A stretch of DNA of 64,000 nt from Macrostomum lignano (taxonomy: Eukaryota): the NCBI GenBank assembly GCA_002269645.1, contig NIVC01003037.1, positions 1 through 64,000 on the forward strand, read 5' to 3'. Position numbers and translations under genes: made by a program. The first letter of the stretch is position 1. The number at the start of each line of letters is the position of its first letter. The notes under the pieces were generated by a model, which was not told the origin of the DNA, searched no databases, and saw nothing but the letters and a program-made list of their open reading frames with translations. Positions 34,701 to 45,769 of the stretch are shown here, one piece after another.

Positions 34701-37700
34701 ATAGAAGAGGGAAGAGAAGAGAAGAGAAGAAAGGAGTGAGGAGACAAAAAGAGATGAAAGAAAAGAGTACAGAGGACAGAATGAGAGAACATATAAGACA
34801 GTAAAGATGACAGATGAAAGAGGGAGGATGAGCTGAGAGCAGAGACGAAAATGAACAGACGAGAGATGGGAGAGTAGAGAGAACAGAGGAGAGATAAGAG
34901 AGAAGAGATTACAGAGACTAGAGGAGAGACAAAGGGAGAGAGAGAAGTGAGTCAAGAAGAGAGAAAAGAGGAGAATGGAGGGGAGAGAGTAGAGAGGAGA
35001 AGAAAGATGGGAGAGGAGAGATAAGAGAGAGAGGGGAAGCAGAGAGAGGAAGCAGAGAGAGAGGGGGGAGCAGAGAGAGAGGGGGAATCAGAGAGAAATG
35101 AAAAGAGATAAAAGAGAAGAGAGAGAAGAGAAAGGAGAGATCAGAGAGCAAATACAGACGAGAGAGAAGAGAGGTGAAGGAAAGAGAAAAGAGAAAAGAA
35201 GAGAAAAGAGATGAGATAAGAGAGATGAAAAAGAAGAGAAATGAGGGAAGATACGAGAGAAGAGGCGAGAGAGGAGAGAGGAGAGAGGAAAGAAGAGATG
35301 AGAGGATGAGAGGAGAGAGAGAGGAAAGAGTAGAGAGGAGAGATGAGAGAGTAGAGATGAGAGAGTAGAGGAGAGAGTTAAGAGAAGAGAGAAAAGAATA
35401 GAGAGGAGAAGGAAGAGACGAGAGAAGAGGGGGGAGAGGGGAGAGGAGAGAGAAAACGAAAAAGTAGAGAGGAGAGAGGAGAGGAGAGAGAAAAGAAGAG
35501 ACAAGAGATGAGATAAGAGAGATGAAAGAGAAGAGAGATGAGGGAAGATACGAGATAAGAGGGGAGAGAGGAGAGAGGAGAGAAGAGGAACGAGAGAGAA
35601 GTCGAAAAGAGAGGAAACAGAAGAGACGATAGAAATTTTAAAGGATCCAAGGGACGTAGGGAGAGGCCAGAGTTTGCAATACATGTTTTAGAGTCAGACA
35701 GACATTGCCTGACATTCTGCACAAGCTAACACCCAGCTAACAGTATCAATGTTTGCCTCAAATCCAAATTTTACATGAATGTGTCCATTTTATGTCTACC
35801 TCTATCCTACTAACTATTAACAAGTTTTTGTTTGTGTATGGCCTTAGATTTCAGAATACATGCAAAAGTAGTTCTGGGGATTGGAATTCCCTGGGTTCAA
35901 AATCCGCGGGTTTCAACAGCTTGTTATAATTATAAAATAATTAGTATACTTTCCATAAAAACCTCAAAATATAATCAATTAAATATACATGCATCAGTTA
36001 ATTATTCTAATGTAAGCATGCCATTATTCAACTGAACAATATCACTTATTTTGCACTATTTTCAGTTACATAGCTAGGATTTTGAAAAGGGGGATAGCTT
36101 TAAGGGCCAAAATTTTAGACTAATAAAATAGTTTTTTGTATTTTTTGCTAAAATAAGCATTTAAAATTGCCAATACCATGTTTATTAGGCTAAAAAAACT
36201 TTACTTTGTTAAAATCAGAATAAAGCCAGTAGATGTCTGTCCTGACTAGGACATTCTTGGACCTAGGAATTTGTAGAAATATTGTTTATAACACTTTATT
36301 AGTAATTTATAAGTGAAATAGGCCAATTTTTTGCAATTTTGCTAAGTTTAAGTCACTTTATTTTGCTTTTTTTCTTCAAAAAACCAAATTTTTGTTTCCT
36401 ATAAATCTTCAAAATGGGGGGATATATCCCCATATCCCCCTAGTTATGCTACTGACTATTTTACACTTTTTGCTAGCTTATCTAAAGCTGAGTTAGATCT
36501 AAACATTTTATAGAAATTGATTTTTAGCTACTAAAATAGTAGCTACTATATGCAAGAATTTTTTATTGCTTGATATGTCATGTCATATGAATAAGGTCAG
36601 ATCATGGATAGACCAAGTGGCTGAGAATTGCATATGTGGTGTAGTGATTAATGGTAACACTTATAATGATATATGACATACTAAGAAATCTTGATAGGCT
36701 CCTCCTTATCACTCATAGTCCAGATCATGGCAAGCTTATGCTGGAATTAAAATTCTAGTTTCTTTAATTCTACACTGATTTTGTGTAGAATTAAAGTTGC
36801 TTTTAATTTTGCTTTGCCTCCCCTATAATAAAATTTATGGCAATGTCCCTGTCTAGTGTTGAAGAATTAGAGTTGCTAATATAACAATTAACAATAAAAA
36901 TGAACTCAATTTTATAGTTTACAATATATACAGAATTTAAGTTATAAATTTTTAAATAAAGCAAATTCTCAGTTCAAATCAAAGATAATATTTTATATGA
37001 TTAAAAATGAAATAGGTAATATCAAGTAATTTTTTATCATAAAATAATATAGCCTAATAATAATAAAGGTACAAAGTAACTAAATAGGCTTATATACTAT
37101 AGTATAGACAAAAATCTAGCATTGATATAGAAAATATAAATATGATGAGCTTGCATACATAGCAGCTTGCCTATACATGCGCAACCTTGGGAATCACTCA
37201 GCCGTTTCTATTGGCAACAAACACATGTAAGTCGCTGAGTGCAGTCACGTGACTACTATTCCGCCCAATAGCGACTTACATGTGTGTTTTACCAATAGAA
37301 ACAGCCAGGTGAATCCCTAGGTTGCACCCAAGCATGAGCTTTCCATGTCTACCTAGTGTTTTAATTGTGTACATGGCAGCCATATATGTAATAAGTCATA
37401 TACTATTCAAATTTATTCGCAAATTAACAAAAAAATAGCATTAGCAATGAATTGAGACTACATTGGGCATGCATGGTGTACATGGGATAAAACATGATAA
37501 AACAGTATATATTGTAACAATTTTTAATTAGGTTTAGTTAGTAGCAATGGCAATGCACAGATTTGAGGGAAAGGGTCCTATTCACTAGGCATATACTGCA
37601 GCCAACTGCCAGCCGCTGTGCACACAATTAAAGTACTGAGTGGATAGCCACCATGCACGCAATTAAAACACTAGGTGGTTGGCTGCCGTGCAGGCATGCA

Positions 37701-37976
37701 CGCAAGCTCTCCAAGATAAATAATATCAATCAATGCTGGCCCAATGGCCCTACCTAAATATTAAAAGAAAAAATGAGGACGGATGGTCAGATGGATAGGG
37801 GCACAATACAGGTACTAGGTAACTAGTTTTAATAAATAGCTATCAGCATAGGTTCCAATATATTCATATCATAAGTAGGCCCTTGAATAATGTCATGATT
37901 ATTGATTATTTCTATTGAACAAAATTGATTGTACCTTCTTTCCTTTAGTTGACTCGAGATTGAATTCCTCATCCAT
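28767..37976 (-). CDS. IFT43: Intraflagellar transport protein 43, ~202-218 aa. Exons 37976-37935, 32666-32592, 32324-32242, (optional 32077-32030), 30352-30327, 29426-29342, 29254-29179, 28988-28767
   Basis: Spliced product MDEEFNLESTKGKK-KARMGRRA...KRRGGWGD...IPELKEE...[41 protein letters not shown]...EYWDWDRLFAEV matches IFT43 hallmarks (MGRRA, GGW, RVxTYxxLD, [8 protein letters not shown], WDWDxLFxEV). Phases are compatible. The small middle exons are less certain. Confidence 0.85.
29551..29822. repeat. Tandem repeat, ~67-bp unit, 4 copies, IFT43 intron
   Basis: CAGATAACCCTAGTATGATTGAGGCCCCAAGCACC(C/T)CATTCTGTGTGTACATTGGGGAAGGGAAATA repeated. Confidence 0.93.
30985..31712. repeat. Tandem repeat, 108-bp unit, ~6.7 copies, IFT43 intron
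   Basis: Unit translates as a 36-aa periodic ORF (DCLNHKIDKFTPFKPQPLADRLSEQLTEASKVKGVT) on + and a periodic ORF on -. Confidence 0.96.
33952..34172. mobile_element. hAT-type MITE, 221 bp
   Basis: Perfect 11-bp TIRs TAGGGATTCCA / TGGAATCCCTA flanked by an exact 8-bp TSD GTTGAGAG (33944-33951, 34173-34180). Interior is packed with ATCCCGGGAT palindromes. Confidence 0.9.
34175..35630. repeat. ~1.45-kb almost pure purine (GA) low-complexity tract
   Basis: GAGAGGAGAGAGTA-type degenerate repeats. Source of the Leu/Ser-rich spurious minus-strand ORFs. Confidence 0.95.
36063..36454. mobile_element. Older hAT-type MITE, 392 bp
   Basis: Degenerate TIRs CAGTTACATAGCTAGG / CCTAGTTATGCTACTG flanked by an exact 8-bp TSD ACTATTTT (36055-36062, 36455-36462). 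Confidence 0.75.
37181..37325. mobile_element. Fold-back palindromic element (MITE-like), 145 bp
   Basis: 56-bp arms GCAACC...GTTTCTATTGG...ACACATGTAAGTCGCT / AGCGACTTACATGT...CCAATAGAAAC...GGTTGC, ~80% complementary by eye, with a 33-bp spacer. No clear TSD. Confidence 0.65.
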
Positions 37977-40349
37977 TTATCTGGAGTGTTTCAAGTTATT
38001 GTAATAAACGTAAAGTTCACCTAGGTCCTAGGCCTACTAATTAGAATCCGAGCAAGTGTAAAATGTACAAACAGCAGCAACAAAGCTAACTATTGCATAA
38101 AAAATTTGCTTTTATTCACCGAAACTTAGCAACTAAATTTTGAGGGAATTCCTATATTTTTTATTTACACATAGAAACAGCTTTATCCGATGCAAAGTAT
38201 TTTTAAATCATATTATCTTTGTAAATAAAATACTCTGTAAGAAAATAAAGAATCGTTTTGCTATTTAGTATTTGTTTAATCTACCTAAAACAGCGTACGG
38301 ATTCTTTTGCCACAAGCACAGTTTTTCTTTATCATTCTGAGCTCTATACGAGAAGTCAAGAACTAAATAACTGAAGTAGTTTAAGTGCAGTTTTTCCCTA
38401 AAGGGTCCTGAACCTATTGAAAGTTATAGTCTGCATTTTTCTGTCCTGAGACACGAGCCTATAGAACTGGCAAGTTTTCAAACTGGCCGTGTGATTGTTG
38501 TTTCAAAGTTTCAAACTGGCAAGTTTCAAACTGGCACTGGCGCAAACATGCCGTGGGGTGGGGGCGATCGCCCACCTTAGCTGCGGAGACCTGAAAAAAT
38601 CAAATTGGGGACGAAACGAATTTTCGCCAAAACACAGTGCATGCAATCAGTCAAGTCACACCCCCGCGGGCCAAGATCCGCCAGGCCAACATGTACATGT
38701 AAATTAAATTATGGGTCTAATTTACAGTATATACCCAAGGACCGCAGGAACACTTCGTTATATCTAGTCTAGTAATATACATGATAGTCTAGTAGTCCTT
38801 GTATATACATATAACAATGTACCCTCTGAATCCGCTAGGCCTCAACAAATTTCTGGTTGCTCTATCGCGGCCGGATGCACCCAATCGATTATGATTGTCG
38901 GACCAATTTGTTAAAATCCAAAGCCAGATATTCTAATTAGTTAATCCCTTGCAGTTTTCTACCCATCATGCAAACCCGTTGAAGGCAAAATTAAATGCAT
39001 CTTACATATGTACATCACAGACCACGTGGGAAACTGCAATGTTCAAAAATGAAAGGACAGTTATAATTAAAATCACTCAATTTTGATACAAACTGATTTA
39101 GATTCCAAAATCACAATAAAAATATCAGAGAATTAAAAGATCGATCACAATTCAGAAAAGATCGAAAAAAGAACTCTTTAGGTCAAACAAGCTGGTTGTC
39201 ATAATATACATATGACAACGTATAATCATAATATACCTTAGATATCGTTAACGCTTCAAAAATACAAACGTGCGTTTTGATATGGTAAACATGAGAAACA
39301 AACAACGCCTGTCCCGTGATCGTAATTTTCCTAGACTATAACCCAGCGTCTGCAAAGAAGACCCACAGGCCCAGGCATGCCAGCTGGCGCATGTGGTGGC
39401 CGCGCCAATTGCTACTGAATTTGGTGATTTATAACCAGGAAATTAGCTACATGTATGCTGCACTGGTACATGTAATAGAAGCTATGGAATAAATTAAATG
39501 CCACTGCTAAGAAATGCCATTGAATTGTTACTTTCAGTATTAAAAAACAACAGTACAATATAGAGCGAATGTCCAGGAGTTTATTTACCGATACATATCA
39601 AGACTATTATCCCGGATCCGTTCGCGTCTTGATCTGCATGAGTGCACTGCAAATTAAGTCACGTAAAATTGAGCTACATGTATATATAGATAAACTTTGC
39701 TCGAAGACATTCCACTCTAGAAGACATTGACTTGTTGATTTTTAAAACAGATCTTATATAACTTAGGTAAACTTACCAGATCTGCTGGGCAACTTGCTAC
39801 ATCGTACAAGATCTTAATCAATAGCTTTTATATCTTTTTATAGCTTCGAATCGCATATTTTCTTTTTTGTCCCATTTTGTCATAAAAGCTAGAACACTTT
39901 AGCCAAATGAATAACAAAACAAATGTACGCCCCATCTTAGAAGATCCTGCAAGAACCGAGCAGATTGAGAAGATCTGCTTAGAATGGCACAGAGACAAGA
40001 TCTGCTAACTGTCTGTCAGTATGCTATACTGATCTGTCCTCTAGGGATCAGTATACAATGGGGCCTTGTTGCAGCTCCAACGCATACAAGAAGTAGCGAT
40101 CAATTGATTGCCACATGCATGCATTCAGCTACCTGCAGGCTTCGTATTTGTATAGTCGTGTTCAGGGCAGCGGAGTTCACACTTAGTTGCTAAGTAATTA
40201 CAGGGTAAATATGCATTCATTCTGTTCCTCGATCCGAGGATTTTTGTATTAGTATAGGTGCCTGACACTCGATTACGTTGGCCTGGTTGATCGTCATTGT
40301 TTCAGCTGCTCCTGGGCGTAGAGAGTGTGCATGTACATGCCTCACGATG

Positions 40350-40686
40350 AGAAAGTGAGAGCTGCTGTACACCCTGTATACGAACTACAGCAGGGTGTCA
40401 GCTCAGGTGCCGAGTACCTGCCCCCAATTGGGCCAGATGTGCGACCGACAGCTCAGCCGCAGCTATTGCTGCGTACGGCTGTCCAGTCCAAGGACTGGGG
40501 GGGGGAGGGGTCGCCACACACCCTCAATTACCCCAGCTAATGCTGGCACCCATTTTACAGCTGAGTGATCTGGAGCAGTGCAGAGTTAAGTGTCTTGTTC
40601 AAGGACACAAATTGTTCCGAGTGAGTCGGCAATCGAACTCCCAACCTTCAAGTCGTGAGTCCGATGCTCTAATCACCAGGCTATTG
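40350..40686 (-). mobile_element. tRNA-derived CORE-type SINE
   Basis: Minus strand: A-box-like TAGCCTGGTGATTAG, B-box-like GGAGTTCGATTGCC, then CORE-like TGTGTCCTTGAACAAGACACTTAAC...CAGCTGTAAAATGGG (40609-40549). The 3' boundary is approximate. Confidence 0.75.
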
Positions 40687-41329
40687 TCTACAAAACCTAC
40701 TGATTCAACTAAATCAATGCATAAAGCCAAAAATTGTCAAGCCTTTAGGATTTGACAACTGTATGATTGAAGTTCTGAAGATTTATTAGGGATAAATATT
40801 CAAGGTTGAGTTAAATTGCGATGAAAAAAAACAGAAATCGAGTTGATCCTTAAATGTAAAAAGAGAATGGGGGGATCACAGGTGGGAGACGGTCGAGGTG
40901 TCAACCATAAGGGCCGACATCACAAAACACAGAGAGGCGCAGTAAACTGTTTGTGAATCTTAGTTACCAGAGTGCATCAGGACCAGACACTATATTCTAA
41001 AACCATTTTAAAAGAAGCGATTAATATTAATTTGCGTTTTAGGCAATAAAACTGACAGCAATCTAATAATAAAATAGCGATTTGATAGCGACTCATACGG
41101 GTAAAAGCGGTTGACGCTGACACGAAATGACGAAATGTCCTTACATGCACAGAACTTGCTTATGAAAGGAGTCGCTATTACATATACATTAATTTAAAAG
41201 ACAAAAAAGAAAGGAACGGAGAGGAATTACCGCAGCAACAAATGCGGCTTAGTGATCAAGATTGCTTCTCTGTCATCTGTTTTACGCTAATCGTTGGTGA
41301 TTTTTTGACGTTTTACTCCAGCCACGGGC

Positions 41330-42076
41330 TCAGTTGAATGGCGACAAGCATTTGCAGAGAACTTTAGGGAGGGTAGTAGCCTCACCTATATCAACTAGCT
41401 TTTCACGGTCACTAAGATGCGCGATAGCCCTCTCGCTGCCTCCTCCATTGTTTGGCTCGCCAAAGCCCCACAGGCTGCCGTTCAGAGGAATATCACAAGC
41501 AATCCAGTGCCAGCCTACTTTTGGGCTTGAGGTGTCTACTTTCTGGTAGCCTCCAAGAAAAAATGATTTACTACGGTGAATCCCGTCCACGTGGCTCATT
41601 TCGGCGGCGTCCACCACATCGGCCATGATCACCAGACCGCTCTCCGACTCGCACTTCTGTCTGCCAGTCTGCCAGTTGCCCATTTCACTGAGCAGTTTGT
41701 ACTTCACTCCGCACAGGTCGTCTCCGTAGCCAGACGGACACAGCGCGCCCGCCTCGAGTCCCGGCTGCTGCTTCACAAACACCTGGCCTCTCCTGGAGCA
41801 GCCGCAGTCCCTCACCGACTTGCTGCACTTGTCGAACACGAACAGCTGGCACGGACCGTCAGCCAGGCTGAACGCCTGACAGCGCCAGTCGCTGCTGCAC
41901 CAGAAGGTGCAGCCGGCCATCGAGGCAACGTCAGGGAGGCTCCGAACGAACTGGCGGTTGATGCAGAGGCTGCCGTTGATGCTCGAGTACGAAGCCACGT
42001 CAGCTGCCTGCGCAACTTTGAGCAGGAAGAGAAAAACACAGAACTGCTGGGAGTTGCTCAGCCTTGATGGCGACAT
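41330..42076 (-). CDS. Secreted PAN/apple-like + C-type lectin paralog 4 (CTL-4), 248 aa, EPN motif. Probable 5'-UTR intron 42156-42078
   Basis: MSPSRLSNSQQFCVFLFLLKVAQA signal-like leader. Same core as CTL-1/2/3; lectin part FFLGG...WHWIAC...LWGFGEPNN...LVD...VLCKC. GTAAGT donor at 42156 and TTCAG acceptor 1 nt before the ATG. Confidence 0.88.
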   Translation of the reverse strand: MSPSRLSNSQQFCVFLFLLKVAQAADVASYSSINGSLCINRQFVRSLPDVASMAGCTFWCSSDWRCQAFSLADGPCQLFVFDKCSKSVRDCGCSRRGQVFVKQQPGLEAGALCPSGYGDDLCGVKYKLLSEMGNWQTGRQKCESESGLVIMADVVDAAEMSHVDGIHRSKSFFLGGYQKVDTSSPKVGWHWIACDIPLNGSLWGFGEPNNGGGSERAIAHLSDREKLVDIGEATTLPKVLCKCLSPFN

Positions 42077-42762
42077 TCTGAATAACTGAAAGCGGTAAAT
42101 ATGATGCACTAAAAGATGAAATTCGATGGTAAGATACATGTACATCATATACTTACGTTGATTTCGAACTGTTCAGTAGCAATCAATAAAATTTTTGGAC
42201 AGAGAAACCAAGACTGATAAAGCAGGCTTGTTACTGGGGAAAGTTGGTCGCTAGAAATGCTTTTTGATGCGCACAATCCTTCATGTTTTATACTCTATTT
42301 GCGAGCAGAAAACGTGTTTGCTGTGGAATAAGACACTTGCGCATCAGTTGAGGAGCAGATCGAAATGATTGGCTGATATTCCTAATGCAAGATTTCTCAG
42401 CATTCACCGATGCAGTCAGTATGTTTGCTCAGAATTTATCTCCCGAGTTTACAGGCGTTTAAAATGCAAGCTATTTACCAACTTGCTGGACTAACAGCCA
42501 ACTCACCTCATCCGGTGTCTTCCATCGTTTTTTTGATTGACAAATGATCGAATTTTATAAGTGTGCGGCCTGGGCAGATTCTTTGCCAATGCTTAATGCA
42601 TTTGCATTTATAAATGTATAACATCTCTATTCCTACATGTATGTAGTCACTGGCATTTTTTTTAAAACTTCAATAATAATTATTAAAATAACACTGCTAC
42701 CAGTAAAAAACTACAGAATATTACATTAAGCCCGTCGCAAGCACCTCGCCATTCCTTCACTA

Positions 42763-43902
42763 GGGGAATCTTGGGGAAGATAGGGAATCTTGGGGAAGAT
42801 GGGGAATCTTAAGGAAGATGGGGAATCTTGGGGAAGATGGGGAATCTTAAGGAAGATAGGGAATCTTGGGGAAGATGGGGAATCTTAAGGAAGATGGGGA
42901 ATCTTGGGGAAGATGGGGAATCTTAAGGAAGATGGGGAATCTTGGGGAAGATGGGGAATCTTAAGGAAGATGTGGAATCTTAAGGAAGATGGGGAATCTT
43001 GGGGAAGATGGGGAATCTTAAGGAAGATGGGGAATCTTGGGGAAGATGGGGAATCTTAAGGAAGATGGGGAATCTTAAGGAAGATAGGGAATCTTAAGGA
43101 AGATGGGGAATCTTGGGAAAGATGTGGAATCTTAAGGAAGATGGGGAATCTTGGGGAAGATGGGGAATCTTAAGGAAGATGGGGAATCTTGGGGAAGATG
43201 GGGAATCTTAAGGAAGATGGGGAATCTTAAGGAAGATAGGGAATCTTGGGGAAGATGTGGAATCTTAAGGAAGATGGGGAATCTTGGGGAAGATGGGGAA
43301 TCTTGGGGAAGATGGGGAATCTTAAGGAAGATAGGGAATCTTGGGAAAGATAGGGAATCTTGGGGAAGATGGGGAATCTTAAGGAAGATGGGGAATCTTG
43401 GGGAAGATGGGGAATCTTGGGGAAGATGGGGAATCTTAAGGAAGATGGGGAATCTTGGGGAAGATGGGGAATCTTGGGAAAGATGTGGAATCTTAAGGAA
43501 GATGGGGAATCTTAAGGAAGATGGGGAATCTTAAGGAAGATGGGGAATCTTGGGGAAGATGGGGAATCTTAAGGAAGATGGGGAATCTTGGGGAAGATGG
43601 GGAATCTTAAGGAAGATGGGGAATCTTGGGGAAGATAGGGAATCTTGGGGAAGATGTGGAATCTTAAGGAAGATGGGGAATCTTGGGGAAGATGGGGAAT
43701 CTTGGGGAAGATGGGGAATCTTAAGGAAGATGGGGAATCTTGGGGAAGATGGGGAATCTTGGGGAAGATGTGGAATCTTGGGGAAGATGGGGAATCTTGG
43801 GGAAGATGGGGAATCTTGGGGAAGATGGGGAATCTTGGGGAAGATGTGGAATCTTGGGGAAGATGGGGAATCTTGGGAAAGATAGCGAATCTTGGGGAAG
43901 AT
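42763..43902. repeat. G-rich minisatellite, 19-bp unit, ~60 copies
   Basis: GGGGAATCTT(GGGG/AAGG)AAGAT repeated; stretches fit the G3+N1-7 quadruplex pattern. Confidence 0.97.
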
Positions 43903-43959
43903 ACGCTATACACAGTGCTGTACGTATGCGGAATGCAGGTAGGCCGTTGCTTCGAAATT

Positions 43960-44150
43960 GTCACTGGCAGTCAAATGTCACTGGCAGTCAATTAATTGTC
44001 ACTGGCAGTCAAATGTCACTGGCAGTCAATTCACTGGCAGTCAATTAATTGTCACTGGCAGTCAATTGTCAAGTCAATTGTCACTGGCAGTCAATTGTCA
44101 AGTCAATTGTCACTGGCAGTCAATTGTCAAGTCAAATGTCACTGACAGTC
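43960..44150. repeat. Degenerate short tandem repeat, core TGTCACTGGCAGTCAA
   Basis: About 9 copies interspersed with TGTCAAGTCAAT. Confidence 0.88.
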
Positions 44151-44834
44151 AAAGTCTCACCAATTAAATAACAAAATCTTCCTGTAAACAAGTACCTTCG
44201 ATAAATTAGGAGTACACACAGGTATAATTCAGTACTGGCATATATATATAAATATTACAATGTATTAATAAACAGAAAGTGAGCCCAGATTAACTGAACA
44301 GATTGGTCAAGCCAAACTTTATCAATGGATATATTATTACAGTATCGTATTCTGTAAGAGAAACTAACATGAAAAAATAAAAAATATTAATAACGCACAA
44401 CAAAACAAGACGAAGGAAAATAAGGCAAAAATGATCCAAACCAATTATTAGGTTTGTGCACACACGCGGTTAAACTAATGTCTGGGATGTAAATCTTCAT
44501 ATTTCGGTTGAGCAGACTGGCAGACTAGAACAGAATCAAAACAATCAAAAGAACTCAGCAATGGAAGCTCAGTTATAAACTACTAAAGTCATTTATTTCA
44601 ACGTTGGGATTTTTCAGTCGAAAGAATCTTTTTTATACTCGTAAATAATTAGGCACACGCACACATGCAATGTATTATAATACATTTAATATTAAATTAG
44701 ATAATACAAATGTAGTCAATTGAGATAAAATTCTAGTAAACAAAAATGTTTTTTAAAGGAATAACTTTTGACTGTCACGTGGCAACGAAAAGAACTGTTG
44801 GTCCATGGTATTGCAGATCAGATCTCCAAGGCTC

Positions 44835-45692
44835 ACTTGGGGAATGCTGAGATGTCAATGCTCAACTAAGGGAATTCTGAGACCCCCATGCTCAAAAAGG
44901 GGAATTCTGAGATCCCAATGCTCAACTAAGGGAATTCTGAGACCCCCATGCTCAAAAAGGGGAATTCTGAGATCCCAATGCTCAACTAAGGGAATTCTGA
45001 GACCCCCATGCTCAAAAAGGGGAATTCTGAGATCCCAATGCTCAACTAAGGGAATTCTGAGATTCCAATGCTCAACTAGGGGGGTTCTGAGATCCGTATG
45101 CTCAAATAGGGGAATTCGGAGACCCCAATGCTCAAATAGGGGAATTCGGAGACCCCAATGCTCAAATAGGGGAATTCTGAGACCCCAATGCTCAAATAGG
45201 GGAAATCTGAGACCCCAATGCTCAAAAAGTGGAATTCTGAGACCCCAAAGCTCAAAAAGGGGAATTCTGAGACCCCAATGCTCAAATAGGGGAATTCTGA
45301 GACCCCAATGCTCAAAAAGGGGAATTCTGAGACCCCAATGCTCAAATAGGGGAATTCGGAGACCCCAATGCTCAAAAAGGGGAATTCGGAGACCCCAATG
45401 CTCAAATAGGGGAATTCGGAGACCCCAATGCTCAAAAAGGGGAATTCTGAGACCCCAATGCTCAAATAGGGGAATTCTGAGACCCCAATGCTCAACTAAG
45501 GGAATTCTGAGACCCCAATGCTCAAATAGGGGAATTCTGAGACCCCAATGCTCAAAAAGGGGAATTTTGAGACCCCAATGCTCAAATAAGGGAATTCTGA
45601 GATCCCAATGCTCAAATAGGGGAATTCTGAGACCCCAATGCTCAAATAGGGGAATTCTGAGACCCCAATGCTCAAATAGGGGAATTCTGAGA
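44835..45692. repeat. Minisatellite, 30-bp unit, ~28 copies, just downstream of the RUN-PDZ-PTB stop
   Basis: GGGGAATTCTGAGACCCCAATGCTCAAA(T/A)A repeated. Confidence 0.97.
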
Positions 45693-45769
45693 CAGGACTA
45701 ACGGAGAGACGTTGAGACGCCCTGAAAAAAGTGAGTTTGGCTGCAACGATTTTGTTAATCTGTACCCAA

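Larger units (their letters stand above)
32720..37826 (+). mobile_element. Putative non-autonomous Helitron-like element filling IFT43 intron 1, with nested insertions
   Basis: Begins A|TCTCTACCTATAAAAATC...(TCTG)n...GACCAAATTTTGCAC, like Helitron-associated elements; candidate end GGTAACTAG|T at 37826. Removing it leaves a ~160-bp intron. The 3' hairpin is degenerate, so the end point is uncertain. Confidence 0.4.

Noticed and set aside
40628-40686. tRNA gene
   Set aside because: A/B boxes continue into a CORE domain and no full cloverleaf is evident; treated as a SINE head.
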